NCBI GenBank assembly: GCA_950097015.1
Contig: CATNEN010000015.1
Span: 1,860,001 to 1,924,000 of the forward strand
Length of the DNA stretch: 64,000 nucleotides
Origin: Macrostomum hystrix
Taxonomy: Eukaryota; Animalia; Platyhelminthes
Direction of reading: 5' to 3'
The notes below the pieces were generated by a model. That model saw only the letters and a program-made list of their open reading frames with translations. It did not search any database and was not told where the DNA came from. Made by a program: the position numbers and the translations under genes. Numbering within the stretch: the first letter of the stretch is position 1; each line of letters starts with the position of its first letter. Shown here one piece after another: positions 1 through 11,871 of the stretch.

Positions 1-2630
1 AGTAAAGAATCCCAATGGAGAGGATTATCCTACAGTAAAGAATCCCAATGGAGAGGATTATCCTACAGTAAAGAATCCCAATGGAGAGGATTATCCTACA
101 GTAAAGAATCCCAATGGAGAGGATTATCCTACAGTAAAGAATCCCAATGGAGAGGATTATCCTACAGTAAAGAATCCCAATGGAGAGGATTATCCTACAG
201 TAAAGAATCCCAATGGAGAGGATTATCCTACAGTAAAGAATCCCAATGGAGAGGATTATCCTACAGTAAAGAATCCCAATGGAGAGAATTATCCTACAGT
301 AAAGAATCCCAATGGAGAGGATTATCCTACAGTAAAGAATCCCAATGGAGAGGATTATCCTACTGTAAAGAATCCCAATGGAGAGGATTATCCTACAGTA
401 AAGAATCCCAATGGAGAGGATTATCCTACAGTAAAGAATCCCAATGGAGAGAATTATCCTACAGTAAGAATCCCAATGGAGAGGATTTTCCTACAGTAAA
501 GAATCCCAATGGAGAGGATTATCCTACAGTAAGAATCCCAATGGAGAGGATTATCCTACAGTAAGAATCCCAATGGAGAGGATTATCCTACAGTAAAGAA
601 TCCCAATGGAGAGGATTATCCTACAGTAAAGAATCCCAATGGAGAGGATTATCCTACAGTAAGAATCCCAATGGAGAGGATTATCCTACAGTAAAGAATC
701 CCAATGGAGAGGATTATCCTACAGTAAAGAATCCCAATGGAGAGGATTATCCTACAGTAAAGAATCCCAATGGAGAGGATTATCCTACAGTAAGAATCCC
801 AATGGAGAGGATTATCCTACAGTAAGAATCCCAATGGAGAGGATTATCCTACTGTAAAGAATCCCAATGGAGAGGATTATCCTACAGTAAAGAATCCCAA
901 TGGAGAGGATTATCCTACAGTAAAGAATCCCAATGGAGAGGATTATCCTACAGTAAAGAATCCCAATGGAGAGGATTATCCTACAGTAAAGAATCCTAAT
1001 GGAGAGGATTATCCTACAGTAAAGAATCCCAATGGAGAGGATTATCCTACAGTAAAGAATCCCAATGGAGAGGATTATCCTACAGTAAAGAATCCCAATG
1101 GAGAGGATTATCCTACAGTAAAGAATCCCAATGGAGAGGATTATCCTACAGTAAAGAATCCCAATGGAGAGGATTATCCTACAGTAAAGAATCCCAATGG
1201 AGAGGATTATCCTACAGTAAGAATCCCAATGGAGAGGATTATCCTACAGTAAAGAATCCCAATGGAGAGGATTATCCTACAGTAAAGAATCCCAATGGAG
1301 AGGATTATCCTACAGTAAAGAATCCCAATGGAGAGGATTATCCTACAGTAAAGAATCCCAATGGAGAGGATTATCCTACAGTAAAGAATCCCAATGGAGA
1401 GGATTATCCTACAGTAAAGAATCCCAATGGAGAGGATTATCCTACAGTAAGAATCCCAATGGAGAGGATTATCCTACAGTAAAGAATCCCAATGGAGAGG
1501 ATTATCCTACAGTAAAGAATCCCAATGGAGAGGATTATCCTACAGTAAGAATCCCAATGGAGAGGATTATCCTATAGTAAAGAATCCCAATGGAGAGGAT
1601 TATCCTACTGTAAAGAATCCCAATGGAGAGGATTATCCTACAGTAAAGAATCCCAATGGAGAGGATTATCCTACTGTAAGAATCCCAATGGAGAGGATTA
1701 TCCTACAGTAAAGAATCCCAATGGAGAGGATTATCCTACAGTAAGAATCCCAATGGAGAGGATTATCCTACAGTAAAGAATCCCAATGGAGAGGATTATC
1801 CTACTGTAAAGAATCCCAATGGAGAGGATTATCCTACAGTAAAGAATCCCAATGGAGAGGATTATCCTACTGTAAGAATCCCAATGGAGAGGATTATCCT
1901 ACAGTAAAGAATCCCAATGGAGAGGATTATCCTACAGTAAGAATCCCAATGGAGAGGATTATCCTACAGTAAAGAATCCCAATGGAGAGGATTATCCTAC
2001 AGTAAAGAATCCCAATGGAGAGGATTATCCTACAGTAAAGAATCCCAATGGAGAGGATTATCCTACAGTAAAGAATCCCAATGGAGAGGATTATCCTACT
2101 GTAAAGAATCCCAATGGAGAGGATTATCCTACAGTAAAGAATCCCAATGGAGAGGATTTTCCTACAGTAAAGAATCCCAATGGAGAGGATTATCCTACAG
2201 TAAAGAATCCCAATGGAGAGGATTATCCTACAGTAAAGAATCCCAATGGAGAGGATTATCCTACAGTAAAGAATCCCAATGGAGAGGATTATCCTACAGT
2301 AAAGAATCCCAATGGAGAGGATTATCCTACAGTAAAGAATCCCAATGGAGAGGATTATCCTACAGTAAGAATCCCAATGGAGAGGATTATCCTACAGTAA
2401 AGAATCCCAATGGAGAGGATTATCCTACAGTAAAGAATCCCAATGGAGAGGATTTTCCTACAGTAAAGAATCCCAATGGAGAGGATTATCCTACAGTAAA
2501 GAATCCCAATTGAGAGGATTATCCTACAGTAAAGAATCCCAATGGAGAGGATTATCCTACAGTAAAGAATCCCAATGGAGAGGATTATCCTACAGTAAAG
2601 AATCCCAATTGAGAGGATTATCCTACAGTA
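1..2630. repeat. 33-bp tandem repeat (AGTAAAGAATCCCAATGGAGAGGATTATCCTAC), ~80 copies, runs off the left edge
   Basis: Near-identical head-to-tail units with recurring variants (1-nt deletion AGTAAG, TACTGT, GGATTTT). No spacers. Confidence 0.99.
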
Positions 2631-3074
2631 ATGAACCCGAAAAGGGAATTAGCCTAAAATTAATAGAATCAAATAACAGGACAGTATCCTACTATTATGT
2701 AAAAATGATGGAAAGAAAGGCTATATATTTCCTTTTCTGGTTCATTTTTAACTTGGCCAGTCAGTCGTTTCCTTCCAATGTCAAATGTTTGTCTGTTTAC
2801 TTCAATGCGCTGTTCGACCCAGCCCTTGACTGGTTGGTCTTGGGCAAAATATACACAGAATTAACTAAAGTATTGCTGAGCATAGTTTGGTGATTGACTT
2901 ACAGAAATCTTTATATTTTTTGTATTTTTTTTGTTTTTATATTATGCTTTCTATTGATAATAAATAATGTTGTTTACCAATTAAAAGAATTTAATTAATG
3001 TACTTTCTTGTTTAACAGCTTCAATATCTCTACCTGGGACCAATTGGTCTCCACGCCTTCCTCAAACCGTAGCT

Positions 3075-3700
3075 CTTCCTCTACCCTTCCTCTACCCTTC
3101 TTCTAACCCTTCCTCTACCCTTCCTCTACCCTTCCTCTACCCTTCCTCTACCCTTCTTCCAACCCTTCCTCTACCCTTCCTCTACCCTTAATCTACCCTT
3201 CCTCTACCCTTCCTCTACCCTTCTTCTAACCATTCCTCTACCCTTTTTCTAACCCTTCCTCTACCCTTCCTCTACCCTTCCTCTACCCTTCCTCTACCCT
3301 TCCTCTACCCTTCCTCTACCCTTCCTCTACCCTTAATCTACCCTTCCTCTATCCTTCCTCTACCCTTCCTCTACCCTTCTTCCAGCCCTTCCTCTACCCT
3401 TCCTCTACCCTTAATCTACCCTTCCTCTACCCTTCCTCTACCCTTCTTCTAACCATTCCTCTACCCTTTTTCTAACCCTTCCTCTACCCTTCCTCTACCC
3501 TTCCTCTACCCTTCCTCTACCCTTCCTCTACCCTTCCTCTACCCTTAATCTACCCTTCCTCTATCCTTCCTCTACCCTTAATCTACCCTTCCTCTACCCT
3601 TCCTCTACCCTTCCTCTACCCTTCTTTTAACCCTTCCTCTACCCTTCCTCTATCCTTCCTCTACCCTTAATCTACCCTTCCTCTATCCTTCATCTACCCA
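3075..3700. repeat. 11-bp pyrimidine-rich minisatellite (CTTCCTCTACC)n
   Basis: Period 11 readable directly, e.g. 3481-3540. Ends ~20 bp from the phosphatase stop codon. Confidence 0.97.
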
Positions 3701-3721
3701 TCCTGCAGTGCTTTCAGTCGC

Positions 3722-5593
3722 TTAAATCGCCAATTTCTCAAACGGTCCGTGCCGGCGCTGCACCAGGCTGAAGCTGTCAATCACTTTGCCTTGCTGGTCG
3801 TCGCTGACTTGCTCAAAGAAGGCGTGGCTGGAGTTGGCGAAGCGAATCCTCGTGTAGCCGTAGTCCGTGCTGCGAAACACCGAGAATCTCGGAGGCTTCT
3901 TCACAAAGTATGCATGCTTCTCCTTGTTGCCAGCTGTGCCTGTAATCAGGTGCACAGTGGCCTGCGGATCAACGTAGGTGAGAGGATCCGCTGTCTGACC
4001 AATCACGGAGCCATTGTACACAGGCCAGGTGCGCTCGTAGGAATGCTCGTGGCCCCAGATGGCCAGGTCCACTCCGTACTTGGCTAGCAGCGGCTCCAGC
4101 GCCCACCGACCGCCTCCCAGGCCATTGCGCAGTGTTCTGGCGCCCCAGTCGCAGTCTCGACTGCTGTTATTCGAGCAGTACATCGGTCGATGACCAATCA
4201 GAACGATCCAAGGCGCCTGCAAGCGGTTCTGATTGGCCAGGCGAAGATCGTTATCTAGCCACCTGTACTGGCGAATCAGCTCGCTCGTGCCGTAGTTTGT
4301 GAAGAAGTAGAACTCGCTGCTAAAGCTCACCTGAGAGTGCGAAGGAATAATGATAATAATATTAACTGCAGGAGGACTGCAGGAAGCCAGATATCGATTC
4401 TGCCTATTCGGCTGATCCACACGCACACAGAGACTGTACGTATGATGCACACGCTCACACAGGTGTGTACAACTGGCCTGACTTTCTCATCGTCAGGCTG
4501 AAGGGCGTCAATTTCAAGGCTTCCAGGTGTTTCTATGCTATTCCGGGGGTTGTACCCTAGTGGTTAGAGCCTTGGACCTACGACTTAAAGGTCGGTGGTT
4601 CGATTCCGGAGTATATTGAGACAAAATTTATTTCATCAAGACGCTAAACTCTGTATTGATTCAGTTCACCCAGCTGTTAAATGGGTACCAGCATCAGCTG
4701 GGGTAATTGAGGGTAGGTATGGCGTCTCCCCAGTCCATGGACTGAACAGCCGTACGCAGCCTTCAGATACGCCACGCAATAACTCAAGTCTAATTATTTA
4801 CCAGGTGTACAGGCCCGATATTGATGGAGTAGAACATGTTCTGACTGTGGCCGGGCATGCTGAACCGGTTTCTGTAGTGCGAGAAGTTGTACTTTTCCTC
4901 GTGATTGCCGACGCAGGTCATGTAGGGCAGCCGGCTGGCTATGGGCTGCAGCATCTGCATGAACCGGTCGCCCACGGCTCCGTTCTCGTCCGGCATGTCG
5001 TAGGCGAAGTCGCCAACGTGCAGGATGGCGTCGTACATGCCCAGACGAGTGACGTCATCGTACAGGCGCGGCAGCGACTGCGCATTGTCCAGTCCGAAGT
5101 CGCCAAAGACGGCGAAGCTGCGCTCAGTCCGGCTGGCATTCGGCACGCGGAAGTCCACGGCTTCGGTCCAGGTGGAGCCGCCGCTGCTCACGCTGTAGTT
5201 GTAGTGCCCGGCGGAGGACAGGTTCGACAATCGGGCTCGATGAATCCATTGTGTGGATTTCAGTGGTCCGCCGTCAACGAATTCAGTGGACCGAGCAGTC
5301 CGCAGTTCCCAGGGTGTTTTGTCAGTCGCCTTGACGCTCCGGAATCGAACCAATGGGAGTGGCACCTTGGCTGCGGTGCTCCAGGTGACAACAATGTCCC
5401 GCTCGGTCTTGCCGAAGGACAGGTGAATGTTGCGAGGCTCTGAAGGCTCCTTGGGACTCGGCAGTGGAGGCACGCGGTACACCGGCAGCTCCTTGGATGT
5501 CGACACGATGTGGAATCTGCCAGAGCGAAAGACGTCTCGGCCGAGGACTGCGGCCACGCAGACCAGCAGAAGCGCTGCGTACAGGGCGGCCAT
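3722..5593 (-). CDS. ACP7: Secreted purple acid phosphatase (ACP7/PAPL-like), ~466 aa; exons 5593-4802 and 4330-3722
   Basis: Signal peptide MAALYAALLLVCVAAVLG; FN3-like N-domain (PRNIHLSFG); metallophosphoesterase motifs GDFG, GDFAYD, GNHE, GHRPMY, GHEH. GT donor at 4801 and AG acceptor at 4331 join GPVHL to VSFSSEFYFF in frame. Confidence 0.92.
4545..4790 (+). mobile_element. tRNA-derived SINE in the phosphatase intron (antisense to the gene)
   Basis: A-box-like TAGTGGTTAG (4558), B-box GGTTCGATTCC (4597-4607). Body blocks GTACCAGCATCAGCTGGGGTA and CAGTCCATGGACTGAA are shared with the copy at 57.4 kb. Confidence 0.75.
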
Positions 5594-6030
5594 GGCTCTC
5601 TGGGGACTGCAGGTCAAACTCTGCTTGTGTTGCTGCTTTAAACACCTGCTTGGCATGACATCTTGTACGTTGATCTTTGCGGGTAATTAGCCTGGCCAAA
5701 GGGTCTTGAAAGCCAGCGGCTGTACTCTGCCCCGTGTACAACAACTGCGTGCATTTTCATATGCTAAGCAATTCAGCCTATCCAGTTTATCGATTTTAGC
5801 CACTTGGGGGGTAGCTTAGCTGACGCCGGCAATTGCATAGAACAGCGAGTGTCAGAACAGCCGTTCTGTTCAGAAACAGAAACAGAATTTCTGTTTAGCT
5901 TTTTAACTGTTGAGAAACTCCAGTCACTCACGCGATATGGAAAACATTTTAACAAATAGAAATATTTTCACAATGCTTTATTAGAAACAAAAACTTGCTT
6001 TGACAGGCTGCTTAGTTTAAACAAATGTGC

Positions 6031-6288
6031 AGACGTGTACACAAACATGAATGTAGACATGTACACAAACATGAATACAGACATGTACACAAACATGAAT
6101 ACAGATATGTACACAAACATGAATACAGACATGTACACAAACATGAATACAGACATGTACACAAACATGAATACAGACATGTACACAAACATGAATACAA
6201 ACCTGTACACAAACATGAATACAAACCTGTACACAAACATGAATACAGACATGTACACAAACATGAATACAGACATGTACACAAACAT
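6031..6288. repeat. 24-bp minisatellite (ATGTACACAAACATGAATACAGAC), ~11 copies
   Basis: Direct repeats; source of the MYTNMNTD / HKHEYRHV pseudo-ORFs. Confidence 0.97.
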
Positions 6289-6999
6289 GGCCGGATGATT
6301 ATTTTCAAAAAACCACAGTCAGTCAGTCGACTAGAAAGTCGATTATCGATAAATCAGTTTAAATGGAGAAAATAAAGCTTGAGGTGTTGGCGCGCAGATA
6401 TAAATCAAATCCCCTTAAAGACTTTTAATAAGTCGTAGTCGGCAAAACCTCTTTCTTCAACACCTTTCCGAGTCGTCAAGTTAGGTTTAGATTTCGTTGA
6501 ATGTATTCAACACTCTCTAAATAACTTCTCAACTCAAACCATTTCCCTCCAACTCTGCAAGTGTATAGCCTCCCTATTGTTGAAATTTGTTGGAAATTCC
6601 TCAAGTCAATTGTTAAATCAGACGGCAAGTCTTCTAAACGAAGATTTCTCTACTCCCCCAACGTAGAGAATCCTGCAGGTTGTCTTCTAAAAAGACAATT
6701 CTGACTAATATTTTATCTTAGACGCTTTCACATATAGAACTTTTAGCAACAAAAAACTTTCTCAAATTAACACGAAATCCTATAGCTACGCATTATCCTC
6801 GCTTTTCCGCTGGGACAGCGTTTTTTTTTTCTTTAATCAAACTTCGTTCTCCCGACGCGGCTTTCCGTCGTGTGGTCCATGCATACAAACACGCGCGCTT
6901 ATTTCCCCAGTGCCTCCACTCTTCAATCAACAAAAAACTTTTTTGGAAAACTTTTTCGCCCAAATTAATTACCAGGCTCGACGCTGCGTTAGGCAAAAA

Positions 7000-7360
7000 A
7001 GCCTTTTTCTCATTTATTTTCGCAAAAATCCAATTACTTGCCCAGATCTCATTTCCTAGCTGTCAGCCTCACTTTCTCATTTATTTTCGCAAAAATCCAA
7101 TTACTTGCCCAGATTTCTCTTCATGTGAGCACAAATCTTATTTCCTAGCTGTCAGCCTCACTTTCTCGTAGATCGATCTCCAAAATCCAATTAACTGCTT
7201 TAGCCTTCTTTGCATGTGAACTCTACTCCTATTTCCTAGCTGTCAGCCACACTTTCTCGAAGAGCCATCACAAAATCCAATCAACCGCTTCAGCCTCCTT
7301 CGCATTTAATCAAAAATTTCATTTTCTGGCGGTCAACCGCAATTTCCCGTCACTATAAAA
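7000..7360 (+). promoter_or_regulatory. U3-like reiterated motif block ending in a TATA box, upstream of the gag-pro ORF
   Basis: CAAAA(A)TCCAAT recurs 4 times and (A)TTTCCTAGCTGTCAGCC 3 times between 7020 and 7290, followed by TATAAAA at 7354. Promoter role is inferred. Confidence 0.4.
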
Positions 7361-8790
7361 AGCCTTCACCCTCTATTCACAGTCAATACTCTCAAACCTA
7401 ATTCAACTCAGTCACTCTGCGCTCCTCTGCACTTCGACCTGCTTGCTGTATCCTTCGCCGTGTCCGCTGAAGATCTGCTAGTGTCATTCTGCTTGACGTC
7501 GGCCACGCCACTCTTCTCCGCTGCCGGAACCTCTAGCTGCCGACACACCCAGTTTGATCGCGGCCCCGTGACTACCTTCTCATCACATTTCTCTTTCTAT
7601 CTATATTTCTAGTCTCACTCTTCTTCCACTTTCTCTCCAAAATGGACAAATCTTGTGCTCTACTCAACTTCTACACATACTGGCGTTATCTCTCCCTCTG
7701 TCCTAGTTCTCTTGAACGATTCATTCTTCTCCTAGGTGAGCTCGGGTGGGGTCCCATTCTAGCCGGCATCACTGGTAATCCTCCTCGGAAAGCCATCCTT
7801 ACTCTTCCCTCTACTATCATTCATCTCATTACTCTTTTTTATACCGTTTCTACAGTACTAACTTTATCATTTCTCATTCTTCGTCTGCTTCTTCAACCAC
7901 TTTTAACCAGACACATCTAACGCTGTAAATATACTTGATATGCTTACAAAATTCTATAAAAAAGCACAAAAATATATACATTTTCATATCATATATAACA
8001 TTACCTACTTAAGCTGTATATAATTATTTAACTATCTCTCTCTATGCTTACACACGCCAACGTTTCTATATATATTTCCTCGTTCACAAACGAACATTTA
8101 TCTAATAGGATGTATAATGAAGTTCCGCACTACACAAATTATATATATTGCTTTCCTTTGAACATATCCTCTTGTAAATACATCTTTTCATACGTAACGA
8201 CATGTGTATACCTGTCTTAATACTTATACTTTCTATAAAAGTGGTAAAAAGAATAAAAACATATAAAACTGAAAAAAAAATAACAAAAATATATTACCAT
8301 CTAACTTGTCTTCGTTTATAACGTGAATATATATATAACCAAAAAACTAAAAATCACAAAATCAAAAAGCAAATAAAAATAGCAATATTAGAAAACAAAA
8401 TAAAAAGCAGTAATCTAGAAAAGCGTCTAATGATATAAATATTCCTACAAAAATCCCTCCTCGCTATTACACTTTGCATTCTTTGCCTGACTCCAAAACC
8501 ACGTGGTACCTATTTGTTAATTAATTATTCGCCGTGCTGATTCAATCTGAACGGAGAACACATTCCCCACACAGACGCAGATGAACACGTTTAAATAAAA
8601 GCCGCATTACTTATTCTGAATCCCCAAAATTGCCAGAACTCCGGACCACGTGCCCGAAAGCCGTTGCCTGTTGCGACAAACCCTCTTCTTACTACTCGCA
8701 GTAACCAATACTTACTTCACTATTAAGTTCTTACTCCGCCTTATTCGAATCTTGTTTTGCATTCAACTCCACAAGAAAGTTTAAAAGTAC

Positions 8791-11700
8791 ATGAATTTAT
8801 TGCCTAGTTATACTCGCTCTGGAAGAAATTATCAATCATTGAAATTGGAGGACCCACAGCAATCTCAAATACCGAATCAGTCCATAGACCCTGATTCTAT
8901 AGTTGAGAACAATCCAAACGGCACAAACCCCTCCGTCTTGTCCACACCTCAGAATAGAACTGTTACAGGCGCATCAACTTCCGTCACTTTTGGAGACTTA
9001 CCGTCATACAGAGACAGTACATTACAAGGTCCACCACTCGCTTCCGTCGACCAAGATAACGACGATCAAAACGTCCAAGTCCCAAACATGGAAGAAGCCG
9101 CAGCAGCTTTACGACAATTTACTGACACAATGAACCGAGCTATGGGCACCGGCGCTGAACAACCGGTGTCAGCGACGGTTCTCGCTGAGGTCCGCAATTG
9201 TGTCAAAGGCATCAATCAGATGCATGACTTCCCGACTTTTGTAGCCGAATTCGACCTGGCTGCCCGAACTTTTGGATTATCGAATACCACCAAAATTCGC
9301 ATATTTCCACGACTACTGGACGACTTACTCAAGCTCGAATTTGGAAGGCTCGATGCCCAGACTCAAAATTCGTTCCCCGATACTATTCGAGCTCTCACGG
9401 AACGCCTACGAGAGATTTCTATCGGCTCGACACTAACATTACATAATGCAACATCTCGTAAACAACAGCCAGGCGAACCATTCCTACAGTACTTTACTGA
9501 TTTACGCCGGAAAATGCGTGCTACCTTACCGGCTATAGCACCTATATATGCCGAGGGTACTGAACCCGAAACCCCTCCTACGAACTTGGGAGCAATGCAA
9601 CAACGCGACAGAGACTTTACCACCACCTTTGTCGCTACAGTCATCAACAATTCACTGCCTTACCTGCGGTCAGACCTGCTTAAGCGCAACATTTCCTCTG
9701 AGGCAGAACTGCTCAACAAGGCCTTGAGAATTGAACAGACTCGCGACTCCACTCTGGACTCGGACGAGTCTGACATTAAAAAATTGACTGAACGACTTAA
9801 TGCTCTCTTGAATACCACCCAAGAGTCTAATGAACAGTTATTGGCTACATTGAATCGCACTGCCAGGAAGTCGCAGCACACACGTCCGGAAGTCAAGACC
9901 TGCTACACTTGTGGTAAAATCGGTCACACATCCGCACGGTGTTGGGCAGGAAGTGGACCTACAACTCAGCAGGATGACAGATATCGACACCAAAATCGCC
10001 AGCCGATGAACACTTATGAGACGGCAAACTTACCTGGAGCGGCCATCCGACAAAAATTTCAAGGTTACACACCCCAGGGACAAGGCCATGGTAACCAGTA
10101 TCGCAGTCCACAGTGGCAGCCAGACAGGGGTTGCAGCTATTGCAGACACCCTGGCCACATCATCGATGTCTGCCGAAAACGCATGGCACAAAGCCAACCA
10201 CGTTATTCACCGCCTTATACACAGCCCTGGCGACACAACAATCAACACATGCGACACAATATCCGAACGATCACAGTGCCACACTATGAGGATCAACAAG
10301 AGTCTGAATGGCATCACCGCGACCACCCCGCGTCGCTTATGACACTTCAGTCTACGGATGACCCAACCCCGGATGACGGACGAATCTATAGGTTCACTGG
10401 CGATTCTAGACAGTTAGAAAACTTACTGCACAATCAAGACCCTAAACCTGCTCAGATTAACACACTCCGATTGGTATCACTTCCGACCGAACACACAACC
10501 AACGGCGTGGCCACTGTTAAGCTTGTTGTCAGCAATAGCACGACTCAGACCGAGCCGCGACAGACTCCGTTAGCTCCGCCATCACCACCGCCAACTTCGC
10601 CTCCGTCTCCCCCTGTATCGACTGTCTCCGTCGGAGTTGGCGATTTCGACGTTCGCATAGTCGCTGAGCAACATACAGAGCGGCCAACTTCAACCAAGTC
10701 CTGCAGCCCAGATATCGCCGCAATCGTCATGTCCTCAGCTGAGTGCCGCGTGCTGAAACTAATCGACACCGGGTCGAATTTGTCCATACATACGCACGAC
10801 ACGTCTACGCAGGATTCCGGATTATTATTTGATAAGCAGCCGCAAGAACAGGCGACCAGGAAATCTTCATCGACCACCTTATCGAGCAATTACTGTTGCC
10901 AGCAATCTATTCAGCAGCAGCACCAACAGCAGCAGCAGAACCAGAACCAGGAAACTGAACTACTCCACCAGCAACAGTTGGATCAAATCGAACGCGAGCA
11001 TGTGACCATCGTAAATGAACTCCGATCAATTATTACTAAACTGGAGACTCAGTTGAGCACTTATCAGACTACGGTGATCGAACTACAGCAGTCCGCCACT
11101 TCGGCCAAGTCAATTCGTCGACGCAACGTTGGCTTAATTGTGAAGCCGTCCTGCCACGACGTCGATATCAACTTCGTCGCCGAGGAGGCCAAGCTGGCTC
11201 AGCGGTTCGTTGGAATCAGCGTGGAACTTCAACCAACGCCGCCAACACCGCCGCCTCTACCGCCACCGCCACCATCACAGTCCGATACTAAGATTGGCAC
11301 ATATCCACTGCCTCCACCATCACCTCCTGTGGAGTTGCAAATGGAAGCGTTAGTTCCGCCACAAGGAAGACGACCAAAGCCACCACCTCCACCTATCCCA
11401 CAGTGGCCAGCTTCCTACGCTTGCGCCATCAAACATGCCATCACCGCAACAATGATCCAGCTACGGTGCCAAGGCACACGACAGACGCGCTACAAATGCA
11501 CAGCACTCATTGACAGTGGCGCCTCGATCTCCTGCATTTCCTCTGAATTCGCAAGAAAACTCGGCACTCCAATACAGAACACCAATTTAAGCGCAGTTTG
11601 CGCAGGAGGACAACAGCTTTCACTCAATCAGAAAACTACTCTTAAATTGGAGATCGGACGACAAGAACATTCAATAACCGCCTTTGTATTGGACTCCACA

Positions 11701-11871
11701 TTGCCAGACTATGACCTCCTCCTGGGAGTAGAAACCTTTAAAACACTTGGAATCCCACTACGGTTTGACTACTCCAAGGCGATCGCCACACTCGGCAATG
11801 AAGAATTTGCCCTGATTAATTCACTCACACCTCAGAGTGAAACATCAGAAATCATGACGAAAAGACAATGA
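8791..11871 (+). CDS. Retroelement Gag-protease polyprotein (1026 aa) with no RT/RH/IN
   Basis: Gag capsid-like region (RKQQPGEPFLQYFTDLR); two CCHC knuckles (CYTCGKIGHTSARC 9901-9942; CSYCRHPGHIIDVC 10132-10173); aspartic protease ALIDSGASISCIS (~11503) with downstream DLLLGVE. Stop followed by AT-rich non-coding DNA. Confidence 0.85.
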   Translation: MNLLPSYTRSGRNYQSLKLEDPQQSQIPNQSIDPDSIVENNPNGTNPSVLSTPQNRTVTGASTSVTFGDLPSYRDSTLQGPPLASVDQDNDDQNVQVPNMEEAAAALRQFTDTMNRAMGTGAEQPVSATVLAEVRNCVKGINQMHDFPTFVAEFDLAARTFGLSNTTKIRIFPRLLDDLLKLEFGRLDAQTQNSFPDTIRALTERLREISIGSTLTLHNATSRKQQPGEPFLQYFTDLRRKMRATLPAIAPIYAEGTEPETPPTNLGAMQQRDRDFTTTFVATVINNSLPYLRSDLLKRNISSEAELLNKALRIEQTRDSTLDSDESDIKKLTERLNALLNTTQESNEQLLATLNRTARKSQHTRPEVKTCYTCGKIGHTSARCWAGSGPTTQQDDRYRHQNRQPMNTYETANLPGAAIRQKFQGYTPQGQGHGNQYRSPQWQPDRGCSYCRHPGHIIDVCRKRMAQSQPRYSPPYTQPWRHNNQHMRHNIRTITVPHYEDQQESEWHHRDHPASLMTLQSTDDPTPDDGRIYRFTGDSRQLENLLHNQDPKPAQINTLRLVSLPTEHTTNGVATVKLVVSNSTTQTEPRQTPLAPPSPPPTSPPSPPVSTVSVGVGDFDVRIVAEQHTERPTSTKSCSPDIAAIVMSSAECRVLKLIDTGSNLSIHTHDTSTQDSGLLFDKQPQEQATRKSSSTTLSSNYCCQQSIQQQHQQQQQNQNQETELLHQQQLDQIEREHVTIVNELRSIITKLETQLSTYQTTVIELQQSATSAKSIRRRNVGLIVKPSCHDVDINFVAEEAKLAQRFVGISVELQPTPPTPPPLPPPPPSQSDTKIGTYPLPPPSPPVELQMEALVPPQGRRPKPPPPPIPQWPASYACAIKHAITATMIQLRCQGTRQTRYKCTALIDSGASISCISSEFARKLGTPIQNTNLSAVCAGGQQLSLNQKTTLKLEIGRQEHSITAFVLDSTLPDYDLLLGVETFKTLGIPLRFDYSKAIATLGNEEFALINSLTPQSETSEIMTKRQ

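Noticed and set aside
1-2630. 33-bp repeat with a dyad, superficially CRISPR-like in size
   Set aside because: Units are contiguous with no unique spacers, no cas genes, and the context is eukaryotic.
4545-4610. tRNA gene candidate
   Set aside because: A/B boxes present but no convincing acceptor stem, and it continues into a body shared with another dispersed copy, so treated as a SINE head.
6288-6298. 11-mer TGGCCGGATGA shared with 13740-13750 as a possible LTR-pair remnant
   Set aside because: Flanks do not align, and many chance 11-mer pairs are expected in 64 kb.
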